Position numbers and translations under genes: made by a program
The notes under the pieces: generated by a model
What the model was told of the DNA's origin: nothing
Seen by the model: the letters and a program-made list of their open reading frames with translations, nothing else
Databases searched by the model: none
Part shown: positions 1-11,318 of the stretch, piece by piece
How the letters are laid out: each line of letters begins with the position of its first letter
How positions within the stretch are numbered: the stretch's first letter is position 1
NCBI RefSeq assembly: GCF_000150275.1
Contig: NW_002060947.1
Location: 6,463,648 to 6,527,647, forward strand
DNA from: Trichoplax adhaerens
Lineage: Eukaryota > Animalia > Placozoa
Length of the DNA: 64,000 nucleotides
Direction of reading: 5' to 3'

Positions 1-574
1 ATTCTGCAGGCAAGCCTTGTTCTCCCATCTCATTCTCCAAGACATCCAAACGCGTTGTTGTTAATAGGTGAGTTTGCTCAACAAGCTCTGCCCAATTACT
101 ACCTCCGTACTCCTTATCTTTCAACTTATCAAGCTTAGCAGTAGCCACCTTTTCTTCTTCGTCTACCGAGACATTAGTTGTTGTAGATGTCTTATGATAC
201 TCCAAATGACCTAATTGCAACTGTGCTTTCTGCTTCCATTTTTGTATTCGTATATAATCACCATACGACATGGAATTTTTTAAGATTGTTGTCACACTTG
301 CTAGCTTATTCTCCTCATCGGTATACGTAACGTCTCCATTATGACTCTTTTGCTTTGGTAAGGTGATACAGATAGGACGGGTAAACTGTAAGGGATCATC
401 AATATTACTCTGCTCAACTTTGCTATTAGGCTTGAAAGGATATTGAATCTTAGGGACTGTGCAATAGCGAATATTACATATCCATGATAGTATAATCTTT
501 GGGCTAGAATAATTTTTGATCCGATGATACAGCTTACTTGTTGCAAGATTGTGAGATAATGTAAGTAACATCAT
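1..574 (-). CDS. 5' part of a probable mitochondrial genome maintenance exonuclease 1 (MGME1)-like protein; runs off the window start
   Basis: Hand translation from the ATG at 574 (context GCCATG) is open for 191 codons to the window edge. The N-terminus is basic/hydroxylated, like a mitochondrial presequence (MMLLTLSHNLATSKLYHRIK). It contains LASVTTILKNSMS...IQKWKQKAQLQLG, resembling MGME1 PSVTRVLQQTM...LERWKQRMILELG as recalled. The catalytic motifs would lie outside the window. Confidence 0.55.
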   Translation of the reverse strand, partial: MMLLTLSHNLATSKLYHRIKNYSSPKIILSWICNIRYCTVPKIQYPFKPNSKVEQSNIDDPLQFTRPICITLPKQKSHNGDVTYTDEENKLASVTTILKNSMSYGDYIRIQKWKQKAQLQLGHLEYHKTSTTTNVSVDEEEKVATAKLDKLKDKEYGGSNWAELVEQTHLLTTTRLDVLENEMGEQGLPAE

Positions 575-937
575 GGCAAGGTGATGATTATTGTAGTATA
601 ATGGATGGACTTGATTGTAAATTATACCTAGCAGATGCTTTGCAAGCTACAGCTTTATTTCCGTGTCATCAATAGTTAACATGGAGGATATTTGATGTGG
701 TTGAAGGACAGTTGGATTATGTGCATTAATTGCAATCAATTTTCTGCCGATCAGCGCGGGATAGAAATTGTCACGCATTCTTTAATGCCTAATTAATAAT
801 CCCTGTACTCTATATTTAGTATAGACTCAATAAGGCAAGAGACCGTAGTATGAGTAGTGCGAATTACAGTACTGTACTTACTATGCTGTACTATGCTATT
901 GAGGTCATGGAGACTGCACCGTACAGCTAACCATCTA

Positions 938-1071
938 AATTAGTATTTTTGGTTCACTTAGCTGAAACTGGATTTGTCGTATTTACCTTTTTTTTTTTTA
1001 ACTAGACATATTCTTAAGGGCATAATACACCAGTAGGACAGTTTCAGCTAAGTGTACCAAAAATATTAATT
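938..1071. repeat. Foldback / small MITE-like inverted repeat
   Basis: 33-bp arms at 938-970 and 1039-1071 are reverse complements with 2 mismatches. A related sequence recurs near 12972-12998. Confidence 0.7.
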
Positions 1072-2702
1072 CAGTTCGATGGATCTACACTACTGTACAA
1101 CGCTGTTCATAACTAGGCCTACTGCGTAGAGATAGTATTAGCAACTTTTACTTGTTTTTTTTTAATCGTTGGATATATACAGGAACATTTATTATTGGTT
1201 TCATTCTCATTTCATCATGTTACGAATTTTTTTCTGAGTACACTACTGTATTTGTACCATACTTTTATTATTTCACCTTAATTAACAGTACCAAAAATTA
1301 CTGTACACGGTGTCTCATAAGTATTTCCCACTGTTTGAAATTATAATTTCAAGTCCTTCCTTATTAGACAAATTTGGTATCATTTGATTTGTATGACAGT
1401 AATTTTTGCCAGCAGAATACAGTACATACAGTACAGTCCGTATGGTATGAGCATGCGTAGATCGGTTTAAGGGCAAATCATTAAATTGGGGCAAAATTAG
1501 GGGCATTACCTTAAATGCAAAATTTAAAGAAGGGTATATCATTAATTTTCCCTATTATTTATTGTAGTGCACATATATTCCTTATTTCTTGATGACTCTA
1601 TTATTAGTCTAAGACTCTACTTATCAAAGTATACAGAAACGTTATTGCTGTCGAAGACAGTGCAACCACAACGCTGGTATGATATAGGAACAGAGGCTTA
1701 CAGAGTAACAATGTACATTTAATGACAATCTACGGTCAGAAAACTTTATTTGTTCTTCTGCTCTGTTCTATGAAGTTGTGCATTTAATTTATATTAATAA
1801 TAGTAATCCTCTGTACCACAGATCCTATTAGTTAAAAATCTCTACAACTGAAAAGTACGGTAGAGAAAGGTCCTGAACTTTTTACAGTGACCTATTAATT
1901 TTGTGTGCTGGCTGATTAGCAGTTATACGCGTAGACTATATTTTCTAGTGTAAGATTGCTTCACATCTGATTTGCTAGCAGCATTATACCATGTAGGTTA
2001 CGAGCAATGAGTAGAATAGGATATATATAAAAATTAATCGATCAATGGATTCAATTGCAGCTATTCACGTAGTCTTTAGTAGCCAACAGCATTGTCATGA
2101 ATGTAGGCAGAGGTAAGAAAATAAATTTGCAATACAAGTATAGCCCATAAAAAGACATAGGTTATGGTCATGAAGTTCAGGATATAGAATAACGATACAT
2201 TCGATACATTTCCGGAAAGCAATTATTCCGTTTGCGTTTTATTTATTAACATCTTAATTTAGATTCGATTGTAGAGCGTTAAACTAGTCCATTCGCATAT
2301 CTGCTACTATGTACTAGAAGTGCACTGTTATAAATGAAGTTTTACCCATCAACAGCAGTCGTAGATATAAAAAGACTAAGGAGAGTAGAAATGAACAATA
2401 AAAAAGTCATCCGCACTCTGAAATCATTGTACTAATTATTACACTCACAATATTGTGATCTTTGCTACTACTGTATAACACGTGAAAAGGTCACAATGTT
2501 AGCCGAATTAAAGCCATAATATAAATTAGTCACTCATTCTGCGAATTTCTAGACGTAGCCTAATACAGCACGATAATTAATACATATACAGTATTTAGAG
2601 TATCTAAGAGTACCAAATGTATAAAAAACACGGTCTCATACACATTATTAATTAAGTCATAACCTAGGCTCCATTGTGCTACAATATTGACAACTCACTT
2701 TA

Positions 2703-5700
2703 TCACCTAATTTTCGGAGTTTCTTTAATATAATGCGAATAAAGCAGTGAATATAATCGAAATTGTGAAAATTGATAATCCTGGCGGCAGTACCCATCAA
2801 AAGTGTCGTTCAGGCACTCTACAGCAATAGCTTTACATGAAGCATGCTGGACAGAAAGCAAAATAAATTGTAATAGGTTATGCTAGGCATTTATATAATG
2901 ATAGGGATAACGACAACTTACTTCGTTTGCAAATAAAGTCATGACAAAGCTTCCAGGTTTGAAAATATTGATAACAGTTTCTATCATATGTCTGTAGGAA
3001 CTCTATCGATCAATTACACCATTTTAGTTTCAATATGAAATGGGCATAAGAACTCAGCTGCTATCGAAAACTATGAAATAATGTTATTTCTTTTTAACAG
3101 TATGTGTATACATTGCAATTAATTCTAAAATTTTATAAAGTAAATTAAAATACAAGAATAAAGCATAATTACTCTAGTAATTACTACCTGTGGGTAATTA
3201 GTTTCAAAGCTGACGTATGAGCAACAATGTTGCGGAGTTACATGAATGGTAAAGTAGAAATTCTGAAACGAATACAGGAAGGCAAATTACAGATTTTACT
3301 TAATGAATCTTTTATTGCAATTTAAAGACGCTATGGTGGCAAAGGCTTGATAATAACTAAATTGCATATTTACATACGTTGACAACTCCATTTATTGAAT
3401 AACCGCAAGGATCGAATAATTTTGCATCGATTGTTGCACCTGGCACTAAATCTGCAATTCCCATTTCCTGTTTCGTATATTAGGGTCACAGTTATGCTAC
3501 GGCAGACTTTTTAACGTACATTTAGTAAATGTTAACAGCAATATTCTGGCTCAAGATTCATTACGTACCTTAGCAATTTCTTCACCGCTCTGCTCACCTA
3601 TAGTAAATTTAGCCATTACAGACGGATCCAAGCTAGTCATTAGGATGTGAATATATGTTAAGGATGAGAAACTATTTTTCAAATTTTCTTCTTACAAACG
3701 TGACTAATAATTCTCAAAATAATCAGTCGCGACATATTTGCTGAGAATAAGTTAATTAAAAAAAGCAGTGTACAACTAGATATCTCTAAAGTTTGATCTG
3801 GAAATTCCATTCCTGTTTCAGATTCCAGGGTGTACAAGTACCTTCAATATAACAGAATAATTTATTATTTCTCGCCTGAAGGATCGATTGTAGCATAAAA
3901 CGTAAAAATTTGGCAGCAAAGTATACTGCAATTACCAGGTATCGCCATTTAACCGTCCTAGTGCGTAAGCAGCTCCATCTTTACAAAGTAATAAAAGAAC
4001 GCGGGATATTATATTAACAGTAACAAAGTAGCCTTATCTATGCTATTCTTTCGCCATTGACCATTAAAGATTAGCTGAATATGAGACAGAGTCAAGTTCA
4101 ATGAAACTTACTTTCAAAAAAATTCTCGAGGGTGGTGACCTACACATTAAGTAAGATAGCTGCAATATTAGTTATGTACTAATACCAGCAATCAATATTT
4201 TGTCATGCATTTATGTTATTCAACTAATAGCTAAACGTTACACTTAAGAATTAAAAAAGCCGTGAAGATGAAATATTACGTAACCTCAGTATCGAAGCTA
4301 TTGTGTGGTCCTTTCTGCAAATGAGGTTGTTGAAACTTGCGTCTAGAATAGAAAGCGTTCTACCAATTGACAGTTCATGCAGTCATATAGTAAAGCACAT
4401 ATCACCGTTAGTTAGAAAGCAAGCATGCTCTTAAAGGTGAAAGCAACAAGGACAGTTAAATATTAGTATTACATTAAAATATAGGCTTTATTACCTCTAC
4501 AATATCAAAATTGCACTTCTCCTTAGCTAGCTTTAATAAAGGTGCGAGAGCATTAAGCAATGTTGTCACTCCACATGTTTTCAGAATAAAACGATTGGAA
4601 GATACGAACAAACTGCTTTCGCTGTAAGATATTTTAAATCAAGGAATGGTTAATTGAACTGTACATCAAATATACGTCATGTACGCAATGTACTCAATGA
4701 TTTGAATTTGGGCATCCATATAATGGATTATAAGCAAACCTCAAAAGGTAAGCAGTAATATCATTACTGGAAACTTCGCTTAAGATAGAGCAGTTGGCAT
4801 ACGTCAAAAGTTCTGACCAGTCATCTCTGTAATAATAAATGGATTGTTTAGTGATATGCATTATAGGTGCACAGCAATTAACTCATAAAAGCAAGCTTTT
4901 GAAAATTTACTGCAGCATGAATTTTGTTACATCCACTATTATTGTTATATGTGTGTTTCTCTACATCTGTCATTACCGAGGGGAAATTATCTGCAAAGTA
5001 CAGCAGTTTTGAACGTAACGTATACACTATAGAATAATTGTACATCTGAACAGAGTAACTAGCTTTACATGTTGCCAAACAAATCATATACAATTGTAAG
5101 GAATGAACGGCAGGAATCAATTAAGTCATTACGTATATATATAATGAAATGGCGCATGTCTCAGAACACAAATTAATATGTACAGACAAACATTAGTTTA
5201 ATAACAATGTTTGCAAATTCATAAGAATTGAATCACTATGATGACATGATCGATTTCATTTAATTAAAAAGGGCAAGCGATGTTGCTATCTTACACCCTC
5301 ACGTTCAAGTACGCCAACTTAGCAGAGCATAGTATCGACGTTATGTAACAGTACTGTAGGTATAGTAACGGCAGTACGTGTAAAATTTATAACTATAAAT
5401 AATCAAGCATATACAGTAGTATGTATAATAGATAATACTGTAACAATAATAGCCATCTGCCGTAATCAAAACACGATGGAAAATGAAATGATATCATGGA
5501 CTTTCTAATTTTAACAAAATAATATGCCGTATACCACTTTGCATACAGCCGCAGCTTCTCGTATCATCGCATAGCAGTACTTTTTATGTTCTTCGATCAT
5601 CTTCCATGTCTGATGTTGATATTTCGCCCAAACATACTGGATATCAGTTTAGCTACAAAAGATGTACTGTACTATCAATGAATAAGTAATTCTATGTTGT

Positions 5701-6191
5701 ATATGTATAAATATACGAGTATATAATTATTGTTATACTGTAATAAAAATTATTATTATCGCAATGATGGCACGATCTTTTAGTGAACTATCTTTATCGT
5801 CTAGTTTATGTATCAGATCCATTTGTTCAAAAGTTGTTGTATAATTAATTTGTAGAATCATTGTTAGAATTTAAGGATTGGTTTACTTACTACTATATAC
5901 GTGTAGTACATAATATATAATGTATTTATTATGTGTGTATATATGTATATCTATATAGATACGCGTGTATCACAATGAATCAATTAATACATGATAGTAG
6001 AATATCATTGTCATCGACTCCTAGGTAACTACGCCTATTTCATTTTTAACTGGCAATATCTTGATTTACTTTGAAATTTCTCGTAAGTCATGTACTCGTC
6101 CATCCTGAGTCGATTGCGTACTGTCCGAAGAGGCAAACCAGATCTCCAATAATTTCTCGGTGCCTTCAAAAAATGCCTGTTGTGTGGACAT
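2703..6191 (-). CDS. AMD1: S-adenosylmethionine decarboxylase proenzyme, 12 coding exons, 335 aa
   Basis: Exons assembled by hand, in minus-strand order: 6070-6191, 4740-4826, 4495-4621, 4285-4359, 4112-4139, 3936-3978, 3784-3841, 3569-3646, 3378-3467, 3188-3262, 2922-3002, 2703-2846. Total 1008 nt, in frame, ending in TGA. Hallmark motifs: [21 protein letters not shown] (pyruvoyl self-cleavage site), [33 protein letters not shown]. Ten introns are GT-AG and one is AT-AC. Confidence 0.97.
3647..3783 (-). other. AT-AC minor-spliceosome (U12-type) intron in AMD1 (intron 7)
   Basis: On the minus strand it starts ATATCTAG and ends ...TCCTTAACATATATTCAC. The U12 branch site TCCTTAAC (3657-3664) ends 10 nt before the 3' end. 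Removal gives the gap-free junction DQTLE|ILMTSLDP; read-through hits a stop. Confidence 0.85.
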
Positions 6192-6401
6192 GGTGATAGG
6201 TTACTGATTGGAATCGATCGATGTTAGACAATCTATATCTATACTGTAACTACTAGACCCAATGATGCAGCGATAAAGTAATGATTAGCAAATCATGCTA
6301 TTTTGATTTCCTGTCAATTCTTTTCGAAAGTGCCAAAGTTAGCTGGTACTCTATACATGCGTAAGATTTGCATATCCAAAATGAACTATTGCGACAGTCG
6401 A

Positions 6402-6419
6402 TCACGAATCAACAGGCAT
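6402..6419 (-). promoter_or_regulatory. Candidate regulatory uORF (MPVDS*) in the AMD1 5' leader
   Basis: CCACC ATG CCT GTT GAT TCG TGA, with the ATG 228 nt upstream of the AMD1 start and a purine at -3. The transcription start is unknown. Confidence 0.45.
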
Positions 6420-7519
6420 GGTGGACCAATGACTGTACAGTACAGTATGCTCCACTTGAGTACTGTACATTGATTCATCCAGTTTCCTTTCACTGCGCTG
6501 CAGTATACTGTACTTTATAACTGTATAGCAATACTGTTCAGTACTGCCATGCCAGTACAGTGCCGCGAACTGTGCTGCGCAGACGTGCTATACAGTGGAC
6601 AGTACAGTACACAGAGTACAGTACAATATACTGTAGGAACCTGTAATACTGTACAGTACTGTACAGTACAGTACAGTACAGTACCGTACAGTACACAAGT
6701 TGGCATACTGTATTGTACTGTACTGTACGTACAGTACAGTATGTACTGTAAAAAAATAGCAATGCTGTTTAGTACTGCCAGTACAGTACAGTGCCGCGAA
6801 CTGTGCTGCGCAGACGTACTACACAGCGGACGGTACAGTACTGTACACAGAGTACAGTACAATATACTGTAGGAACCTGTAATATGTACTGTACTGTACG
6901 TACTGTATCAAAATACCAATACTGGTTCAGTACTGCCAGGACAGTGCCGCGAACTGTGCTGCGCAGACGTACTGTACACTATACATTACAGTACATTGAG
7001 TACAGTACAATATACTGTAGGAAGCTGTAATATGGACTGTACTCTATACTGTACTGTACTGTACAGTAGTACAGTACTGTACACTAGTTGGTATATTGTA
7101 CTGGACAGTACTGTACTGTACTGTACTTCATTCAAAGTTTTGACACACGACCGTACAGTACTGTACTTAGAGTCCGTACTGTTCTGTACAGTGCTTTCTT
7201 ACAATTTACAGTACTGTATCTATTGACATGTACTGTACACTGTACAGTACAGTACTGTACGGTACAGCAGGACGTTGATGTTATCATGATAATCCATCTT
7301 CGGAGATATCTCCTTCTATGGCGTACAGTACAGTATACAGACAAATACAGTACAGTACCGCATCGTCCAAAGTACCGCTGAAAAATCTAAAGTGATCATT
7401 CCAAGTTCTACCCCTTTGGAACTTCATCAATCGTACAATTATAATAGGATTGTATGGAGTATGGAAGACTGCTGTACGGTACCGTGTCGGTTTTCGAAAT
7501 CACTGGTACTCATTGAAGT

Positions 7520-7720
7520 AGCAATAACGATCTTAGATAACTGTTTCCAAGCTGAACTTAGTAACAGTTGATAAGATTCAAAGTAATATTTCTTACTTAA
7601 TGTAGAAAAAGTCAGCCAATTTAAAATCGATCGTCTCCATACTAAAGTATTGCCATCATGAGGTGTTTGGTACAATATATTGACGAGATGAGGCCAAAGG
7701 TGTCTGTCAGCCCAGGTCTC
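7520..7720 (-). repeat. Diverged inverted copy of the 12508-12835 element
   Basis: The reverse complement aligns colinearly with 12510-12690 (GGCCTCAT.TCGTCAA.ATATTGT, CGATCGAT, ATTAAGTAAGA, CTAAGTTC..TTGGAAA.AGTTAT). Confidence 0.65.
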
Positions 7721-7824
7721 CATCTGCTACGGTTGCCCGTCTATCTGTGACATGGACTCATCGTGTGCAAAATTGAACCCTAGTACAGTACAGTACGTAC
7801 AGTACAGTATCAATAGTCCATCAG

Positions 7825-7832
7825 TGACGTCA
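7825..7832. promoter_or_regulatory. Perfect CRE-type palindrome TGACGTCA in the AMD1/STPR intergenic region
   Basis: Motif match only, about 630 bp upstream of the STPR-like ATG. Confidence 0.25.
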
Positions 7833-8455
7833 GTCATGCTTTCAAATAGTTGCGGTTTTGAGCGGCATTTTTTCATTTCTGTACCGTACAGTACAGTACT
7901 ATGTACTGTACCGGGTTGTTACAAAGACCCTTCTTTTGGGACACAATACAGTACAGTACACAGTACTATACAGGAATAGACTGTACGGTATCATACAGTA
8001 CAGTGCAGGACTGAACCATGGAAAAGCTACAGTACAGTACAGTATCAGAAAACCGAACCCATCACCACACCGTATAGCAGCACAGTACAGTCTTTTTTTC
8101 TTTTAACTGTAACTCGTGGACAGTGCCGCGGTCCCGGCAGAAGTTTTACAGTCTACCGCCTACTATTTCTTCGTTTTTAACGCGGGCATCGACACGTATT
8201 ACCCCCATGTACCCAAATTGTTGCCTTCCCTATCCGACAGTACAGTATACGAAATCCACATATCGTTTCCAAGTTCAGACAGTCGTCCGTTCGTGTTATG
8301 CTTAGACGTTCGGACTCCGGACCAAAAGTGTTTCCAACGTTTTGAAATTTTGAAACGATTAATTAGAAAACGATCCATTTTATTTCCTCAATCATTTCTC
8401 TTTATAGATTGGTGTTTTTAGCGTAAAAAATTGCGTCGGTTAATTTGTGGATACG

Positions 8456-9352
8456 ATGGCAAATTTCGATATGAACTTCGTCAATCAAGTTTTTCCCACC
8501 AAACCTGATAAGGTCAAGGAAGAGGAAACTGCCAAAGTGGATGATTTATTGGAGGTAAAACGTAATAGGCGTGCGCTTTTTCAACGTGAAAGACGTAAAA
8601 GGAGGAGTTTAGATCAAGTGTTACTGGACAGAAAGAAGGACGCAGAAAGGAAAAGGGTTCGAAGATCAAAAAGAACAACGAATGAAATTGAACGAGATCG
8701 AAAACACGACGCCGAACGTAAGAAGCTAAGACGAGCTGCCAGAACACCGGAAGAAATTAGAACTGATCGTAAGAAAGATGCCGATAGAAAGCGACGTAAA
8801 AGGGCTGCTAGAACTCAAAATCAAATTGAGGAACAAAAGGAAGCAGATCGTCAGAGAAAACGACTCAAAAGAGCAAGTAGAACGCCGGAACAGATTCAGC
8901 TTGATCGAGAGAGAGATGCTAAAAGAAAGAGGATTAGCAGGGCTCTTAAAGCGGCGCAACGTCACGCTGACAAACAACGCCAGGAAGGGATTACCGATAC
9001 CGCAGCAGCTACTGCCACTGCCAAGGTGGAGCAAATGCCAGCAACTGAACAATCTGAACCACACGATATAGCCAATAGCGTAAGTGCAGGTGATATGACC
9101 TTTCGAACAGAGTATGTTGAAGCTTACACTGATCAAGTTATGCCAGATTCTTCAGTCATCGATAGCATTGTTGAGATCTCCAATAACGGCGAAGATCATA
9201 CCACAACTATGGAAACCGTAGCTGAAGGTGATATTGCCCAAGATAAAACAACCACTACAGAAGCAGCAGAAGTACCAAAAGGTCAATCCAAACGAAAAGC
9301 ACCAAATCAAGCTGCAGCGAAGAAAGGCAACAAGAAATCAATCAAAACATGA
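8456..9352 (+). CDS. Intronless basic protein with tandem 23-aa STPR-like repeats (putative DNA-binding; FMBP-1/ZNF821-type domain), 298 aa
   Basis: Five exact-period 23-aa repeats at about 8603-8947 (e.g. RTPEEIRTDRKKDADRKRRKRAA) plus a degenerate sixth before them. Acidic low-complexity C-terminal half and a basic NLS-like tail. First ATG at 8456; AATAAA near 9979. Confidence 0.75.
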   Translation: MANFDMNFVNQVFPTKPDKVKEEETAKVDDLLEVKRNRRALFQRERRKRRSLDQVLLDRKKDAERKRVRRSKRTTNEIERDRKHDAERKKLRRAARTPEEIRTDRKKDADRKRRKRAARTQNQIEEQKEADRQRKRLKRASRTPEQIQLDRERDAKRKRISRALKAAQRHADKQRQEGITDTAAATATAKVEQMPATEQSEPHDIANSVSAGDMTFRTEYVEAYTDQVMPDSSVIDSIVEISNNGEDHTTTMETVAEGDIAQDKTTTTEAAEVPKGQSKRKAPNQAAAKKGNKKSIKT

Positions 9353-10660
9353 TAAATATATTTATATCTATTTAGTCCAGTGATACGTCCTTAATCGTAA
9401 CTATTTCAATAATTAACTTGACCGTAATCCTATCCAGTTATCTCAAGTCATAGAGACGATACAGCAATAAGAAAGAGTGCTATTTTGCAGAATTATTACA
9501 ATGGATTGGAGTTTTTTTAAGTTATTGCTAGAAAAATCATTGAGAATGCATCAATTTGGCCTCGATTCCAAAATTGGATACTTGTTGACTATACTTTACG
9601 CAATCATTACCCTTGACATGGTACCCTAGTGCCGCCGCTGTTGTTCAATGTCAGTATTGACGAAGAAAATGGCGTAATTATAATTATGATACGTTCATTC
9701 CAATCAACCAATTTTTTACAAATTGTAATTATTTCTACGCCACCTGCATCAACTCATCGTCAGATGATATAGAAGTACGTATGCTATTTGATGTGTTTAT
9801 AAAATTGGTAAATGGTTCCTAACTTTATTGTACCTAAAGATATCGTGCAGTCAAGGTTCTGTTGCAGAACTTTCGCGTAATAATTGTAATTATAATTAGC
9901 TATAACCTTGTACTAATTTTTTTAAGAAACGGTCGATTGTGAAAAGTTTTAGTGACTTGAATAATCACATGATGTTAATAAATAAATTTATTTGTATATC
10001 CTGTTACAGTAAATGCTTTATGATCACAATGATTTTTAAAATTATCAAATAACGATGCAATCTCAGTAGAATCCTGCTTTGGATAGTGAATGTTTAGATT
10101 TAATACACTTTTTTTGTGCGATATAGTAAAGCAGACAATTTATTGATTTCTCTACGGTAATTCATCCAATTATTGTATTCTGTTATTTCGGTGAAACTGT
10201 TCACGGTATCGTGAATTATTAATATTATTGCTAAGAAATTCCTATTGGCAATGCTTCACTTGATTATTCACTAATTAATGAATTTAATGCTATGATATAA
10301 TAGATGAAGTTAAATCTAGCTACTATGTAGACGAACGCGAGTATTATACTAATCTAGCTTCGGTAGACACTCGCATATACTGTAGTATTTCTAGCTTTTA
10401 ACTTGTTATTATGCCTATCTTCACTGTAATGTGTGTAATAGTGTGTATGAAAATACATTCATGCAGTACACTCAGGATGCTTATGCCTATCTGATATTAT
10501 CTCAGCTGAATTAGTCACTATCATATCATGAAGCTCTGCAAGATTTACATTTTCTCAATGGCAGCTGAAAATCCGGTTAAACCTTAATGTACTGTAACTA
10601 TACGTCTAGCTTGAGCAAACGGTAAATTGATCCAAAATAGATTTTTCCTTTAGCACAAAC

Positions 10661-11318
10661 TGGAGTTATCAGTTTCTAGTGTAGCAATATTATTTATGAC
10701 AATGTTATTATTACAAATTTATATACCGAAGTCTCCGCTGTACTTTACAGATTTACTGGATAAGCTGGGTGGCTATTATTGCATGAGCAGTATGAATTGA
10801 AACGATGAATTGTAGGCTAAAATTCTATCAATCCCTATTGTATTTTTATAGCTTGCGCGGACAGTAAATCAATCTCATACAAGCGCTTTACTTTGACGGT
10901 TACTTTACGAAATACGATGATTATAATTATAACCTGGATCACGTATAGGCGTAATTAATTAATTATAGTCGTATAAGTATTCAAGTTTTTATTATCGCTG
11001 GGGTTATCAGTTAGACTGGTTCGTTATAATATGACTCCATTTTATTACTGAAGTCGACTGCACACCATGGATTTACTGAATAAGCTAGGTATTCTTGCAT
11101 AAGCATGATTATATGCAATTATGAGCTAAAATTGTGCCCAGCTTTGCTGTAACTCGTGCGTTTTTAACCCTTATTACGGTTACTGTGAATGAATTCAATT
11201 TTTGGGGGAATTAGAATTATCAGTTTGCGATATACTCATTTGTTACAATACTATTATACGTACTTTATTTACTGAATTCTCCGTTATACTTTGCACAATG
11301 AATTTACTGAATAAGACA
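10661..11318 (+). repeat. Three degenerate direct copies of a ~110-160 bp unit
   Basis: TTATCAGTT...ATTTACTG(G/A)ATAAG recurs from about 10661, 11000 and 11213. Confidence 0.55.

Larger units (their letters stand above)
6432..8092. repeat. TACAG/CTGTA pentanucleotide satellite in both orientations, with a three-copy higher-order unit
   Basis: Dense (TACAG)n and (CTGTA)n runs. The core CAGTGCCGCGAACTGTGCTGCGCAGACGT recurs at about 6558, 6789 and 6942. The array is interrupted at about 7380-7780. Confidence 0.9.

Noticed and set aside
301-546. 81-aa minus-strand ORF in the track
   Set aside because: It is an alternative frame of the longer MGME1-like reading frame.
2690-2705. Vertebrate-style AMD1 stop-codon readthrough tail
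   Set aside because: The TGA is followed immediately by an in-frame TAA, so no extension is possible.
6528-7040. CRISPR-like repeated 29-bp core
   Set aside because: Eukaryotic context, the intervening sequences are themselves repeated, spacing is irregular, and there are no cas genes.
6515-8106. Many overlapping Cys/Thr/Val/Tyr-rich ORFs (YCTVL, STVQY)
   Set aside because: They are translations of the stop-free TACAG/CTGTA microsatellite, not proteins.
8514-9136. Antisense and alternate-frame ORFs over the STPR-like gene
   Set aside because: These are shadow ORFs of a repetitive coding sequence.
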